Shown here: positions 25,269 through 37,645 of the stretch, one piece after another
Numbering within the stretch: position 1 is the first letter of the stretch
How the letters are laid out: the number at the start of each line of letters is the position of its first letter
From: Eledone cirrhosa
Taxonomy: Eukaryota
Direction of reading: 5' to 3'
DNA: 64,000 nucleotides
NCBI GenBank assembly: GCA_964016885.1
Contig: OZ024743.1
Location: forward strand, 181,412,001-181,476,000
Notes under the pieces: model-generated
Seen by the model: the letters and a program-made list of their open reading frames with translations, nothing else
What the model was told of the DNA's origin: nothing
The model's database searches: none
Translations under genes and position numbers: made by a program

Positions 25269-25315
<47 letters not shown>

Positions 25316-25349
25316 TTTTGCAGCATAGAGCTATGTCCCTTTACAGCAG

Positions 25350-25466
25350 ACTGAGTTCAAATCCCCCCGAGGTTAACTTTGCCATTCATCCTTACGGGGT
25401 CGATAAAATAAAGTACCAGTAATGTACTGGATATTTGCTGGCCTTGTGCCAAAAGTAGAACCAGTT
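25350..25466 (+). mobile_element. SINE fragment
   Basis: ctgagttcaaatcccccgaggttaactttgccattcatccttacggggtcgataaaataaagtaccag. Confidence 0.8.
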
Positions 25467-25474
25467 ATTATTAT

Positions 25475-25510
25475 TACTAGCAGTGTATCCCGGCGTTGCA
25501 CGGGTAAGAA
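25475..25510 (+). mobile_element. Helitron/Helentron-like 5' terminus
   Basis: tactagcagtgtatcccggcgttgcacggg: ACTAG start plus a GC-rich subterminal hairpin (cccg..cggg). Confidence 0.4.
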
Positions 25511-25679
25511 CATTGGTAATAGCACCTCCAATGAGAAACGTTTATTTGTGAGTGCCTGTTAAAAACTCACAAACTGGACATGCTCACCGACATCCAGAGT
25601 TGACACTGCACTCAATGCTCCTGTGGGAGCGCCTGCATGGACACACTGGAAAAGGAAGACCGAATTTAACATGTGTTGA

Positions 25680-25792
25680 TGCCCTAAGGACTGACACTGG
25701 TCTGTTGGAGACGTAGGACATAGCAGCGATAATGATAGACAGAGACCGCTGGAGAGAACTCGTCCATGGATCTCGGGAATTTTACCCGCTCT
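25680..25792 (+). mobile_element. 3' end of an RTE-like LINE with (AGAT)n tail
   Basis: Translates LRTDTGLLET*DIAAIMIDRDRWRELV, similar to RTE ORF C-termini. Confidence 0.5.
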
Positions 25793-25905
25793 AGATAGAT
25801 AGATAGATTTTTATGTGTATATTTATATATATGTATATGTGTATATATATATGTGCATTTGTGTTTGTATATGTATGTATGTCTATATATACATATAAAA
25901 GTGAA

Positions 25906-26036
<131 letters not shown>

Positions 26037-26712
26037 AGAGATGTCGCAGCCTCAGCGCGTGTTTGAGCATCATCAGCCACGGCATGCCCAGCCCTCCACG
26101 CAACGGGTGTTAACAGCAGATGGAGCATCTGACCATGGGAGCACGTCCCTTCCATAAAAAAAGAGTTGGGCCGGGGCGAGGCACAACGGTTAGGCGGTAG
26201 CATTCACTACCTCTGCTCGACCTTTCAGGGACAGCTTCCTCTCGGCCCATTTCTGGGTGAGAGAGGCCACCCTGTTCGTCACCTCGCTCCAGTTTTTCTC
26301 CATCTGGAGGTCCGGACCGAACCAGACCCCGAGCAATTTAACCGGTCCTTCCGTCCAGCGCCCCACGACGCTGTCGGGCGGCATGGACTTGCCTCTCCAG
26401 GTGCCGAGCTGCAAGCCCACCGACTTTTCCTGGTTTAACTTTGCTCCTGTCACTGCTTCATATTCCTTGAGAGCGGTGCCGAGCATCTGGACATTTCCGG
26501 CGCTTGACTGGGCCCGCTCTGATTATGCGCCTGTAGACTGAGGAGTGGAAAACTGAGAGAGGGCGCTTGTCCTGGTGGTTAGGGTGGCCGTGGTCTTTTT
26601 TGTGGCTTTCGCCACGAGTGACCCTCGGAAGTTTCCTCCCTATTGCGGAATTTTTGAATTTTTTGATATTTCTATCTTCTTGTTATAACCTTTTTTACAC
26701 GGCCAAAACTCA
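26037..26712. mobile_element. Rearranged Tx1 fragment: inverted ORF2 piece joined to a forward ORF2 end and 3' UTR
   Basis: Minus 26037-26486 encodes LGTALKEYEAVTG..RHLWCFLDG; plus ~26510-26712 encodes GPALIMRL* followed by the copy-A-type 3' UTR. Confidence 0.85.
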
Positions 26713-27675
26713 CGCTGGAGAGAACTCGTCCATGGATCTCGGGAATTTTACCCGCCCTAGATAGATAGATAGATAGATAGATATATTTTTATGTGTATAT
26801 TTATATATAAGTATATGTGTATATATATATATATATGTGTATATGTGTTTGTATATGCATGTATGTATATGTATTTATGTATATATATGTGTGTGCATAT
26901 GTATATATGTGTATATATATGTGTATATATATATATATGTATATGTATATATATGCATATATATGTGTGTGTGAATGTGGCGAAGATAATACGTCAGCAA
27001 TGACGTGTTGGTCATAATGTCGTTATGCAGACAGACAGGCATACAGACAGATATTATAAGGGCGCGACGGAGATCGATAACCGGCGCTTAACACCCTTTT
27101 AACAACAGAAAATTGAAAAATAAAAGCTGCAGTTAATATCTTTAGACCGCAAGGAATATATGAATGCAAGTTTGAAGTCAATCGGAGTAGAAATGTGGAT
27201 TTGTATAGACTTTGCAAAAATGAGGACACACACAGACAACTACAGTTTTTACGTAACGCTTTTGTTCTGGCAGATGTTATGCCGATACTATAGCAAAAGA
27301 GCGAGCCATAGTCAATGACCAAAGGCTCTTTGAGTCATTCCTTCTCCTTCAACTTTCCAACACCCTTCTTAGATTGTTGGCCTTGAGCCTAAATCAGAAA
27401 CCATTATACCCCAATTTGTATAATTCTAACGACTATCCTAGGTTTTTAATTTGTTTATTTTGTGAAAGGGAAATGAGGAGGTACTTATTAACTGTTAATT
27501 TAATGATACTTCTAGAAAAGTGAGTTCTTTCTAGTAGAAACTAATAACTTTTAAAAAATTGCTATCATCGTGTGATTAGTGTGTTAAGTTCAAGGCTGTT
27601 GTAAGATATACTGAAAGGTTTGTTTAAGTATTTGAGCTTTTATCTAACACATTATGTAAGTAGGTGATATATTTC

Positions 27676-27676
<1 letters not shown>

Positions 27677-27723
<47 letters not shown>

Positions 27724-27995
27724 TTCTTCACCCACATATTCCTGAGAGGGTCGTGGGGGCAGAGTCCTCAAACACTCCTTCCAATGGGCCCGTCAGAAGC
27801 AACCGATTCCAACTGATCAAGATGTTTTAATGAAGACACGGGGTCTCTCACTCCACTGCTCCTCACAAAAAAGTACTTTATTGGATGGCAGTTGACTCTC
27901 CTGAGTTACCCCACACTTTGACGGGTTTTATTTTTCATCCCGCATGGTGTCCAAGATCCTCCTCCTCATCAATCAAGCTTGGTATGGGTTGCTGG
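27677..27995 (-). mobile_element. Short internally deleted RTE-derived element with (GAA)(TAA)n tail
   Basis: 5' part (27880-27995) resembles 39575-39680; 3' part (27722-27820) resembles the RTE 3' end at 38468-38570. Confidence 0.55.
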
Positions 27996-28139
27996 TTTAC
28001 ATACATACATATATGTATGATTATTTCTATGTCCCCGCGCATATATATACACATGTATACATGTATACACATATACATATATACACATGTATATACATCT
28101 TTACACATTTTTGGAAGGTCGTTGTCTCTTATGACTTCT

Positions 28140-28667
28140 TCCGCCCTACAGACACGGGATGAAGAAAAATCTTGACCTGGTTACAACGTTCTCAAAGGAT
28201 ATAGGAATGGAGTTTGGCCAAGATAAATGTTCATATATGATTGTAAAGCGGAACGAACTACAACCCAATCTAGCAATACTTGTATTAATGGACTAATTGT
28301 TTCACCGATATCTGACGAGGACTGCTACAGGTACCTAGGGATAGATGAGAATATATCCTATAATGGTATTTGTATTAAGGAACGCGTAACCAGGGAATAT
28401 TACACCCGATTAAGAAAAATATGGTCATCGGAATTCTCTGCGCACAGTAAAACAGTGGATCACAATGTGTTTGCTGTGCCTGTCCTAACACCAACGTTTG
28501 GAATACTCGAGTGGACGATAGACGAAATCCGAGCAATTGATGTTAAAACTCGAAAAATTCTAAACACCGGAAACTTCCACGTCAACAGTGACATAGACTG
28601 TCACTACTTGAAACGTAAGCAGGGAGGCAGAGGCCTAACATCGGCCCAGATAGCATTTAATGTGTGA
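28140..28667 (+). mobile_element. R4/Dong-type RT fragment
   Basis: DLVTTFSKDIGMEFGQDKC, YRYLGI, AVPVLTPTFGILEWT, YLKRKQGGRGL. Confidence 0.8.
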
Positions 28668-29087
28668 ATTCCAATGAGAGAGTCTTGTATCTATGTTAGA
28701 AACCGACACTCTCTATTGGTAAAAATTTGTGAAATTATAAAACCAGAACATACATACATATACACATAGGAAATTACAAGTACAATCCATTAATGGAACA
28801 GTAAAATATGTAAAACATTCCAAACATTCTGCATCTAATAACTCCATGTACACATGTACAGATACAAAACATATGCACATGCACACATATAACTCAAAAC
28901 AAACACATCCATACATACAATAACATCCATACCTGCACACACTCATGCATGCAGACATGCATACATATCTACCTAGTTGGTGTCGTTTAAATTCCAATGA
29001 GAGAGTCTGTGTTAGAAACCGAGTCTCTCTCTCTTTTGGTAAAAAATGTATAAGATTATAAAACCAGAAGAACATTCTTACATACAT

Positions 29088-29237
29088 ACCACGGATTCTA
29101 GCGTAGTTTCCGTTTATCTAATTTAAAGACGCGAGTTTCAAGACTTTGGTTGACCCGAATTTATGACAAAAGACACATTTGTAAGTGATTTGACTGTGTG
29201 GCTAAGAGACAAACATCTTAACAACACGGCCATTCCT
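29088..29237 (-). mobile_element. Decayed tRNA-derived SINE (second family)
   Basis: Minus strand gaatggccgtgttgttaag...gtgtctt..gggtcaaccaaagtcttg..acggaaact, ending at a (TATG)-like tail. Confidence 0.5.
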
Positions 29238-29418
29238 GATTAGATTTTGTTTCTGTTTTATCTTAAAATATGCTGTTATCAAGTGTGTTACTTTGAATTA
29301 CTCGATAGCTAGGTGATACAAGAAACGCCCTTGGATACTGGCAGGTTTAGCTGAATATCTGTAGTAGATAGATTTACGATATCGGATAGCAATGTATAAT
29401 TTTATGATCAACGAAGCA

Positions 29419-29705
29419 TGAAGGTGTGTGGTTTAGTGGTTAGAGTGTTTAGATCAAAATCGAAAAAGTCCTCAGTTCGATTCCAAGCGACGTATTGTGT
29501 CCTAGAGCTCAACACTTTATTTCACGTGGCTGTTGACAACTCAACTGGCAAATACGAGAGTTCAAATTATAATTCAAAGGTCTAACCTTGCCATAACTTT
29601 GGCACGAGAAATGCCCTTAAATACCGGTAGATACTGGGGAATATATTGTCGTAGTCAGATATACGATATAGGACATAAAGTTATGATTTCATGATCAACG
29701 AAGCA
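29419..29705 (+). mobile_element. tRNA-headed SINE with CORE-like segment
   Basis: ggtgtgtggtttagtggttagag..gttcgattcc..ttgtgtcctagagctcaacactttatttcac. Confidence 0.6.
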
Positions 29706-30229
29706 GAAAATTCGGATGAAGGAATTCAAACAACCACAACCTTTTTCTGACAAAATCAACCTGTTGAGTGGGTGGAGTTCACAAGTTTGGTGTTAGGCTT
29801 TGGGGAAAGTAGGAGTTTAGTGATATGGGTTGGTTAGTTGGTTTAGTGATAGTAGTAGTAGTAGTAGTAGTAGTAGCAGTAGATAGTAATGGAGAGAACA
29901 ATGGAAACATTGTTTTTTTGGTCCGATTTGATGAGTTCCACCCACTCGGTACGCGAACGAGGTCGGATCTTATCAGTCGATTTAAGCTTACGGCAATAAC
30001 TAGCAGAAAGAATTACTTTTATTATGTCTGTAATTTAGGGTTGTGTTTAAGGAACTCCAAGTCATTCTATGCTCTTTCTCTGGAATTATGTAAGAAAGTG
30101 TTGAGGTGAGTCTGAAATCATATATTATAAAATGGTGTAGAATATAAAATGTTGTAAAGCCTTTTGTTCGGCGCTCTACCGATTCTGACATCCAACTGCT
30201 AAGGCATGATAAATATCAGAACTTCATTG

Positions 30230-30465
30230 CATATAAGACATTCCAGTAATATGCAGAAAGAGTACATTATATTCGAGTCATAAAATACATTATATACTAG
30301 TCATATAAGACATTCCAGTAATATACAGAAAGAGTACCTTATATTCGAGTCATATATGACATTATATCCGAGTCATATAAGAAATTCCTGCAACATGCAA
30401 AAAGAATACATTATATACGAGTCATATAAGACATTCCTGAAATATGCAGAGAGAGTACATTATAG
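30230..30465. repeat. Degenerate minisatellite, ~4 units of 50-70 bp
   Basis: catataagacattcc..aatatgcagaaagagtacattatattcgagt repeated. Confidence 0.8.
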
Positions 30466-30729
30466 TCAGCATTTATAGATTTTACTCATCAGACAAAAAT
30501 ACAAAGAAATCTTTAAAGTAATAAATTATTCAATGAATGTACATTATTTCCTTTTGCTTAAAAGGTCAGTCTTCTACGACAACTGACTCCGAAACAGTGT
30601 TGGTCTTTGTTCATAGATTTATGTCTGGAAATAGAAACAGAGTGTCTTTACATCATCAACTTGTTGTGACGCAGTTGTTCAGTCAGGCTGACTACAATTT
30701 GTTCATTATGTACGAGTTATATATATATA

Positions 30730-31052
30730 TAAATGGAAAAAAATGAAACGAAATTTCATTTCTCACTCTTAGTACGGCTGATACTTAAATGTAAGTATGT
30801 ATGTATACGTACATACATATATGTATACAGACGTACAGACGTACATATATTGTTCCTGTGTCAGTGTTGAACAAAAAGGCGACGATGGTTATCTGAACAC
30901 TGTACGGCGTAATTCGGGCCGTTTGTTTGTTTACAAACAAACCCAACATTATAATAAATGTTCGGTAAACCCATACGTACATATATATATGTGTGCATGT
31001 ATGTATATATATACATACTACTGTACGTCTGTATACATATATGTATGTACGT

Positions 31053-31062
<10 letters not shown>
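30730..31062. mobile_element. Non-autonomous TIR (MITE-like) element; second copy at 43705-43975
   Basis: Left arm ...gtatacgtacatacatatatgtatacagacgtacag is mirrored at 31021-31060; internal sequence shared with 43707-43910; flanked by (TA)n. Confidence 0.7.
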
Positions 31063-31110
<48 letters not shown>

Positions 31111-31304
31111 ATATTTGTATGTATGTATGTGTGTATGTGTGTGTGTGTGTTCAACTCACCAAACCATCATGTGTCTGGTTTTGAAAAAATGAGAAGCAAT
31201 TGCCTTTTGAGCGAGCTTCGGTTAACTAAATCTTTCATACTTAAATGGTGTTAAATATGCTTATTTTTTATATCTATACAAATCTAGAGTCTAAAGTCTG
31301 TCTC

Positions 31305-31545
31305 GAGCCCGGTGGTTTCCGCGCCGTGAAGAGATTGATAGTACAAGACTTCCCTCTGGACAGGACACCAGTCCACCACAGGGTTAAATCCCCAACTATT
31401 GCTGGTATTCATTTTCAGTTAAGTATAGTGGAGCATCGTGAAATGAAGTGTTTTGCTCAAGAACACAACACACAACCATGAATCGAACACCCGACATTAT
31501 GATCATAAGTTCAATACCCTTGCCACTAGGTCACGTGCTTTCCCC
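31305..31545 (-). mobile_element. tRNA-headed SINE with CORE-like and V-like segments
   Basis: Minus strand gcacgtgacctagtggcaagg..gttcgattc..gtgttcttgagcaaaacactt..ccctgtggtggactggtgtcctgtccag..ggaaacc. Confidence 0.65.
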
Positions 31546-32084
31546 TAGTCTGTCATGGATTACTAGCTCTATATGGATGTTTTAATGTATTTTTTATTTT
31601 ATATTCACTTATCTCTGCATATCTTGTTTTTTGTTTCTCAATTATAAGATGTACTAGATACTTCCACTTTCCTATCATAGCTTACTAGCTCTATCCAGAC
31701 GTATAATTTGATTAAATAAATAAATAATTTCGTGGAAAATTGAATGTTTATACTTAGAGGGAAATCTTTTCTTTGATGTTAGGAAATGTGGTAGCTACGA
31801 ACATGTTTCGTTCCTCAGCTGATATTAAATTTCTGGGGCTTGGTACGTCAGTAGGGAAAACTTTTACAAGTAGAAATCTTTTTACGAAGATTTCTGTCCG
31901 GTATAATATATATAATGTCAAAATATGTGCCTCGATAGAAATAACTGTTGGGTCAATGACATTAAGTTAGAATATTTTCGGGGGGGGGGGGGGGGGCGAC
32001 AATGACAGACGCATAAAACATTCATTGAGTTGAAACTTGTCTCGTGGACAACTACGAAGACTACACGACGCTTTGATGATAAGG

Positions 32085-32212
32085 TAGAATGGTTTCTGAT
32101 TTAAGTCCAAGGCCAATAATTTCAGGGGCGGGAGTCGATTAAATTGACCCCAGTGCATTATTGGTGTTTTATTTTATCGACCCCCGCAAGGATGAAAGGC
32201 AAGCTTGTTGAA
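32085..32212 (-). mobile_element. SINE fragment
   Basis: ttttatcgacccccgcaaggatgaaaggcaag is the reverse complement of the SINE central domain. Confidence 0.7.
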
Positions 32213-32317
32213 TCCCAACAAATTAAATATAACCTCTTATCACTTTCTTATCACTTCACTATTCAAGGAAAACTTTCTTTCCTTGGTTATGTCAAAATTT
32301 ATAAAACAAACTTTGTA

Positions 32318-32374
32318 TTTTATCTGATGAAAGCGTACCAAAGTTTTGGTACCCTTGAAATTTATATAATAGAA
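32318..32374 (+). ncRNA. Type I hammerhead ribozyme motif (H2)
   Basis: ttttat-CTGATGA-aagcgtaccaaa gt tttggtaccctt-GAAA-tttata-TA-atagaa. Confidence 0.6.
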
Positions 32375-32616
32375 TAAATATGGTTTTATAAATATATATA
32401 AATATAAATATATATTCATTGAATATTATACTCCAGAAAAACTGTTGAGTGCTCTGAATCAGTTATAATCATTTATATTTGTTGGTAATTCAATTTGTTG
32501 GTAATTCAACAAATATAAATGATTATAACTGATTCAGAGCACTCAACAGTTTTTCTGGAGTATAATATTCAATGAATATATATTTATATTTATATATATT
32601 TATAAAACCATATTTA

Positions 32617-32673
32617 TTCTATTATATATATTTCAAGGGTACCAAAACTTTGGTACGCTTTCATCAGATAAAA
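32617..32673 (-). ncRNA. Type I hammerhead ribozyme motif (H2)
   Basis: Reverse-complement copy with palindromic ATATATAT stem III. Confidence 0.65.
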
Positions 32674-33280
32674 TACAAAGTTTGTTTTATAAATTTTGAC
32701 ATAACCAAGGAAAGAAAGTTTTCCTTGGATAGTGAAGTGATAAGAAAGTGATAAGAAATATAAACAACTAAATATAAGAAATATAAACAACTAATAATTG
32801 TAAATTATTTCTATTTCTATAATACTTATACATGCACAATTATTAATCTATATAGATATTTATATACTATTGTAATGTAATAAGATAAAATATACTTACA
32901 ACCATAATTCTTCATATAACCTAATTGATTATATATACAATATTATAACTCATAATATAGCTAAATAAATTTAAATTCTGGAATCATATTCCACCATTCC
33001 CCCAAATTGTTAATTCCTTTTAAATTAAGGTAAATACAAGCTCTTCTTCCTTTTTCTTCTTCCTACTCATACATACATGTATCCTAATTATTTAAATTCT
33101 GCATAGCGTCTAAAATAACGTGTTTTTTTTAGCCCTATACCTCAACCTCATTTGCATACTCATCTTAATAATTTGAAATATCTGACTTTTCTTCTCTTTT
33201 TCCTTCACTATCCAAAGAAAACTTGAACCATTAAGGTATCTTTTCTTGGTTATGTCAATATTTATAAAACAAACTTTGTA

Positions 33281-33337
33281 TTTTATCTGATGAAAGCGTA
33301 CCAAAGTTTTGGTACCCTTGAAATATATATAATAGAA
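33281..33337 (+). ncRNA. Type I hammerhead ribozyme motif (H2)
   Basis: ttttat-CTGATGA-(11/12-paired stem II)-GAAATATATATA-atagaa; 6-bp stem I. Confidence 0.65.
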
Positions 33338-33378
33338 TAAATATGGTTTTATAAATATAGTTTCCATTTATTTAATAT

Positions 33379-33427
<49 letters not shown>

Positions 33428-33569
33428 TATTTCCGAGGAAAATGTAAAGGAAAGAAGAGTGCTCTATGTATAGTACAGAGCTATTTAATTATTTATATAT
33501 ATATATAAATGCTTGGTTTTTAAAATTTGTTTTGCAAGATTTCTTATCTGAAAATGTGTGTTGAAACAG

Positions 33570-33902
33570 ATATTGTTATATTTTGGGAGGGTCATGTTAC
33601 CAATAAAAACACACGCGTCTGTTGGTTTTCACTTCAATTTATTAGAGATTTCCGGTTGGTTGGTTGGTTGGTTGGTTCAATAACCGGATGGTTGTTTATA
33701 TATAGTCAAAGCTCTTTCGTCATACATTTTGTGACCTCCTCAGTGACTGGGTTTTTATTTTCTTTCTCTCCTTTGTTCTGTCCTAAGCATCTTGTTTTTG
33801 TATCAAACCAACCAGCCGGAAATTTATAATAAATTGAAGTTAAACTCACCAGGTGCGTGTGTTTTTATTGGTAGCATGACCCTCTCAAAGTATAACAATA
33901 TG
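33570..33902. mobile_element. MITE-like fold-back with ~100-bp inverted arms
   Basis: atattgttata..gagggtcatgttaccaataaaaacacacgc..acttcaatttatta..atttccggttggttgg is mirrored at 33807-33902. Confidence 0.75.
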
Positions 33903-34239
33903 TATGTATATATATGGGGGGGGGGGTCTGTGTGTGTAGGCATATATGTAAAGTTATACGAAGATTTAAATGTAACAATATCATTTCAGCACAGTTGTGT
34001 TTATCAAGAATTAAATAAGTAAAACTAGAATATAAAGGGGAGATAATAAAACGCTAAAGAAACACAATGACCTACAATGAAGCTGTGTCGTCGTCTGCCT
34101 GTTGGAAAATAATACATATATATAAAATATAAATATAAAGATTAAAAGAAATAATCCCTAAACTAAACAAAACTGTCAACCACTTTAACTAGATTATATG
34201 CACATCATATTGACCTTATTTCTTTTAACTAGAGGGCTC

Positions 34240-34905
34240 TGGTGAATGGGGTGGTGGGGTTGTGTGGGGGGTTGGGGGGGGAGTATGTGGGGGCGATGGG
34301 GGGGATTGGGTGAGGTGCTGTATGTGTGTCTGTGTGGAGGTATGATTGTATGTATGGGAAGAGGTGGGTGCGTATTTGTGTATGCGTGTTTGTGTTTTCA
34401 TGTGTTTGTGTGTGACTTTGTGTATGCGGACGGGTGCGTATTTGTTTGTGCGTAGGTTTCTGTATATGTGTGTGGGTTTATGTGTGCTGATCTGTGTATG
34501 CATATGTGTGTGGGTTTGTGTGTGCGTATTTGCATATGTTTGTGTGTGTGCATTTTCGTGTGTGTATGTGTTTGCGTAAACCCCCTCTCTCTCTCTCTCT
34601 CACTCCCGTTCTCTCTCTTCTTTTCTCTTTCATCCGTCCCTCCTTTCTCTCTCTCTCACTCTCTCTCCCCAACTGCTTAAATGCAATCCTGTATAATAAC
34701 CCTCCAGCCTCATCACGACCACCACCGCCATCACCACCACCACCACCACAACCATCACTACCACTACCACAAACACCATCACCGCCACCACAACCAGCAC
34801 CACCACCAACAACACCACTACCAACAACAACAACAACAACAACAACACAACCTCCACCAACAACACCGCCACCATCAACAACAACACCACCACCACCACC
34901 ACCCT
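34240..34905. repeat. Low-complexity tract: G-rich, (TG)n-like, (CT)n, (CCA/CAA)n
   Basis: Direct reading. Confidence 0.85.
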
Positions 34906-35050
34906 GTATGGTAGTTACTGATACCATTCCTCACCCGACTCTATACATATCATTAAATCTTTCTTTTACCACAGTCACCAGCTTTATTACTTCAACTTAC
35001 TTCATCCATTAGAATAAAAAATAAATTCAAAAAATACATTTTAAAATGGC

Positions 35051-37310
35051 ATTTTAGTTCAAGGCCACATATATGTCGCTACCCAAACAGTTAAACGTTT
35101 TAGTTCAAGGCCACATATATGTCGCTACCCAAACAGTTAAACGTTTTAGTTCAAGGTCACATATATGTCGCTACCCAAACAGTTAAACGTTTTAGTTCAA
35201 GGCCACATATCTGTCACTACCCACACAGCCTAACGTTTTAGTTCAAGGCCACATATCTGTCACTACCCACACAGTTAAACATTTTAGTTCAAGGCCACAT
35301 ATCTGTCACTACCCACACAGTTAAACATTTTAGTTCAAGGCCACATATATGTCGCTACCCAAACAGTTAAACGTTTTAGTTCAAGGCCACATATCTGTCA
35401 CTACCCACACAGTTAAACGTTTTAGTTCAAGGCCACATATCTGTCACTACCCACACAGTTAAACGTTTTAGTTCAAGGCCACATATCTGTCACTACCCAC
35501 ACAGTTAAACATTTTAGTTCAAGGCCACATATCTGTCACTACCCACACAGTTAAACGTTTTAGTTCAAGGCCACATATCTGTCACTACCCACACAGTTAA
35601 ACGTTTTAGTTCAAGGCCACATATCTGTCACTACCCACACAGTTAAACATTTTAGTTCAAGGCCACATATCTGTCACTACCCACACAGTTAAACGTTTTA
35701 GTTCAAGGCCACATATCTGTCACTACCCACACAGTTAAACGTTTTAGTTCAAGGCCACATATCTGTCACTACCCACACAGTTAAACATTTTAGTTCAAGG
35801 CCATATATCTGTCACTACCCACACAGTTAAACATTTTAGTTCAAGGCCACATATCTGTCACTACCCACACAGTTAAACATTTTAGTTCAAGGCCACATAT
35901 CTGTCACTACCCACACAGTTAAACGTTTTAGTTCAAGGCCACATATCTGTCACTACCCACACAGTTAAACATTTTAGTTCAAGGCCACATATCTGTCACT
36001 ACCCACACAGTTAAACGTTTTAGTTCAAGGCCACATATCTGTCACTACCCACACAGTTAAACGTTTTAGTTCAAGGCCACATATCTGTCACTACCCACAC
36101 AGTTAAACATTTTAGTTCAAGGCCACATATCTGTCACTACCCACACAGTTAAACATTTTAGTTCAAGGCCACATATCTGTCACTACCCACACAGTTAAAC
36201 ATTTTAGTTCAAGGCCACATATCTGTCACTACCCACACAGTTAAACGTTTTAGTTCAAGGCCACATATATGTCGCTACCCAAACAGTTAAACGTTTTAGT
36301 TCAAGGCCACATATCTGTCACTACCCACACAGTTAAACGTTTTAGTTCAAGGCCACATATCTGTCACTACCCACACAGTTAAACGTTTTAGTTCAAGGCC
36401 ACATATCTGTCACTACCCACACAGTTAAACGTTTTAGTTCAAGGCCACATATATGTCGCTACCCAAACAGTTAAACGTTTTAGTTCAAGGCCACATATCT
36501 GTCACTACCCACACAGTTAAACGTTTTAGTTCAAGGCCACATATCTGTCACTACCCACACAGTTAAACGTTTTAGTTCAAGGCCACATATCTGTCACTAC
36601 CCACACAGTTAAACGTTTTAGTTCAAGGCCACATATCTGTCACTACCCACACAGTTAAACGTTTTAGTTCAAGGCCACATATCTGTCACTACCCACACAG
36701 TTAAACATTTTAGTTCAAGGCCACATATCTGTCACTACCCACACAGTTAAACATTTTAGTTCAAGGCCACATATCTGTCACTACCCACACAGTTAAACAT
36801 TTTAGTTCAAGGCCACATATCTGTCACTACCCACACAGTTAAACGTTTTAGTTCAAGGCCACATATCTGTCACTACCCACACAGTTAAACGTTTTAGTTC
36901 AAGGCCACATATCTGTCACTACCCACACAGTTAAACGTTTTAGTTCAAGGCCACATATCTGTCACTACCCACACAGTTAAACGTTTTAGTTCAAGGCCAC
37001 ATATCTGTCACTACCCACACAGTTAAACGTTTTAGTTCAAGGCCACATATCTGTCACTACCCACACAGTTAAACATTTTAGTTCAAGGCCACATATCTGT
37101 CACTACCCACACAGTTAAACATTTTAGTTCAAGGCCACATATCTGTCACTACCCACACAGTTAAACATTTTAGTTCAAGGCCACATATCTGTCACTACCC
37201 ACACAGTTAAACATTTTAGTTCAAGGCCACATATCTGTCACTACCCACACAGTTAAACATTTTAGTTCAAGGCCACATATCTGTCACTACCCACACAGTT
37301 AAACATTTTA
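35051..37310. repeat. 46-bp tandem satellite, ~49 copies
   Basis: Unit (a/g)ttttagttcaaggccacatatctgtcactacccacacagttaaac, head-to-tail with no spacers. Confidence 0.98.
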
Positions 37311-37404
37311 TAACGTCTGTTTGTTTAGTTGTTGCTATTCATCTTCATATTCTTCTTATTCTTGCTGTTGTTGCCCAGATTCCGTGTCTATTCCAAATTC
37401 TTTA

Positions 37405-37645
37405 GTTGTAACTTGTCCTATTTATCTACTCTATCTTTCACCCTTATCCTATTTGTGTACCCTATATGTAACTTGTCCTAGTAATGTACCCTATATGTAA
37501 CTTCACCTATTTATGTACCCTATATGTCTCCTATGTCCTATTTATCTAGCCTAAATGTAACTCGTCCTATTTATGTACCCTTCATGTCACCCTTGTCCTA
37601 GTAATGTACCCTATATGTCTCCTATGTCCTATTTATGTACCTTAT
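37405..37645. repeat. Degenerate ~27-bp minisatellite
   Basis: tgtaccctatatgtaacttgtcctattta-like units. Confidence 0.75.

Larger units (their letters stand above)
32234..33360. mobile_element. ORF-less Penelope-like repeat (family H2): ~520-bp palindrome plus a third direct copy
   Basis: 32234-32490 is mirrored by 32490-32756; 33205-33359 repeats the left arm; each copy carries a hammerhead core. Confidence 0.7.

Noticed and set aside
29920-29970. Hammerhead-like tgatgag-ttc..gaac motif
   Set aside because: Lacks the C of CUGA and the GAAA core.
34478-35012. Pro/Thr-, His/Gln- or Gly/Val-rich ORFs
   Set aside because: They come from (CCA/CAA)n low-complexity DNA; no domain or splice support.
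35051-37310. CRISPR-like regular repeat
   Set aside because: Units are head-to-tail with no unique spacers, there are no cas genes, and the context is eukaryotic.
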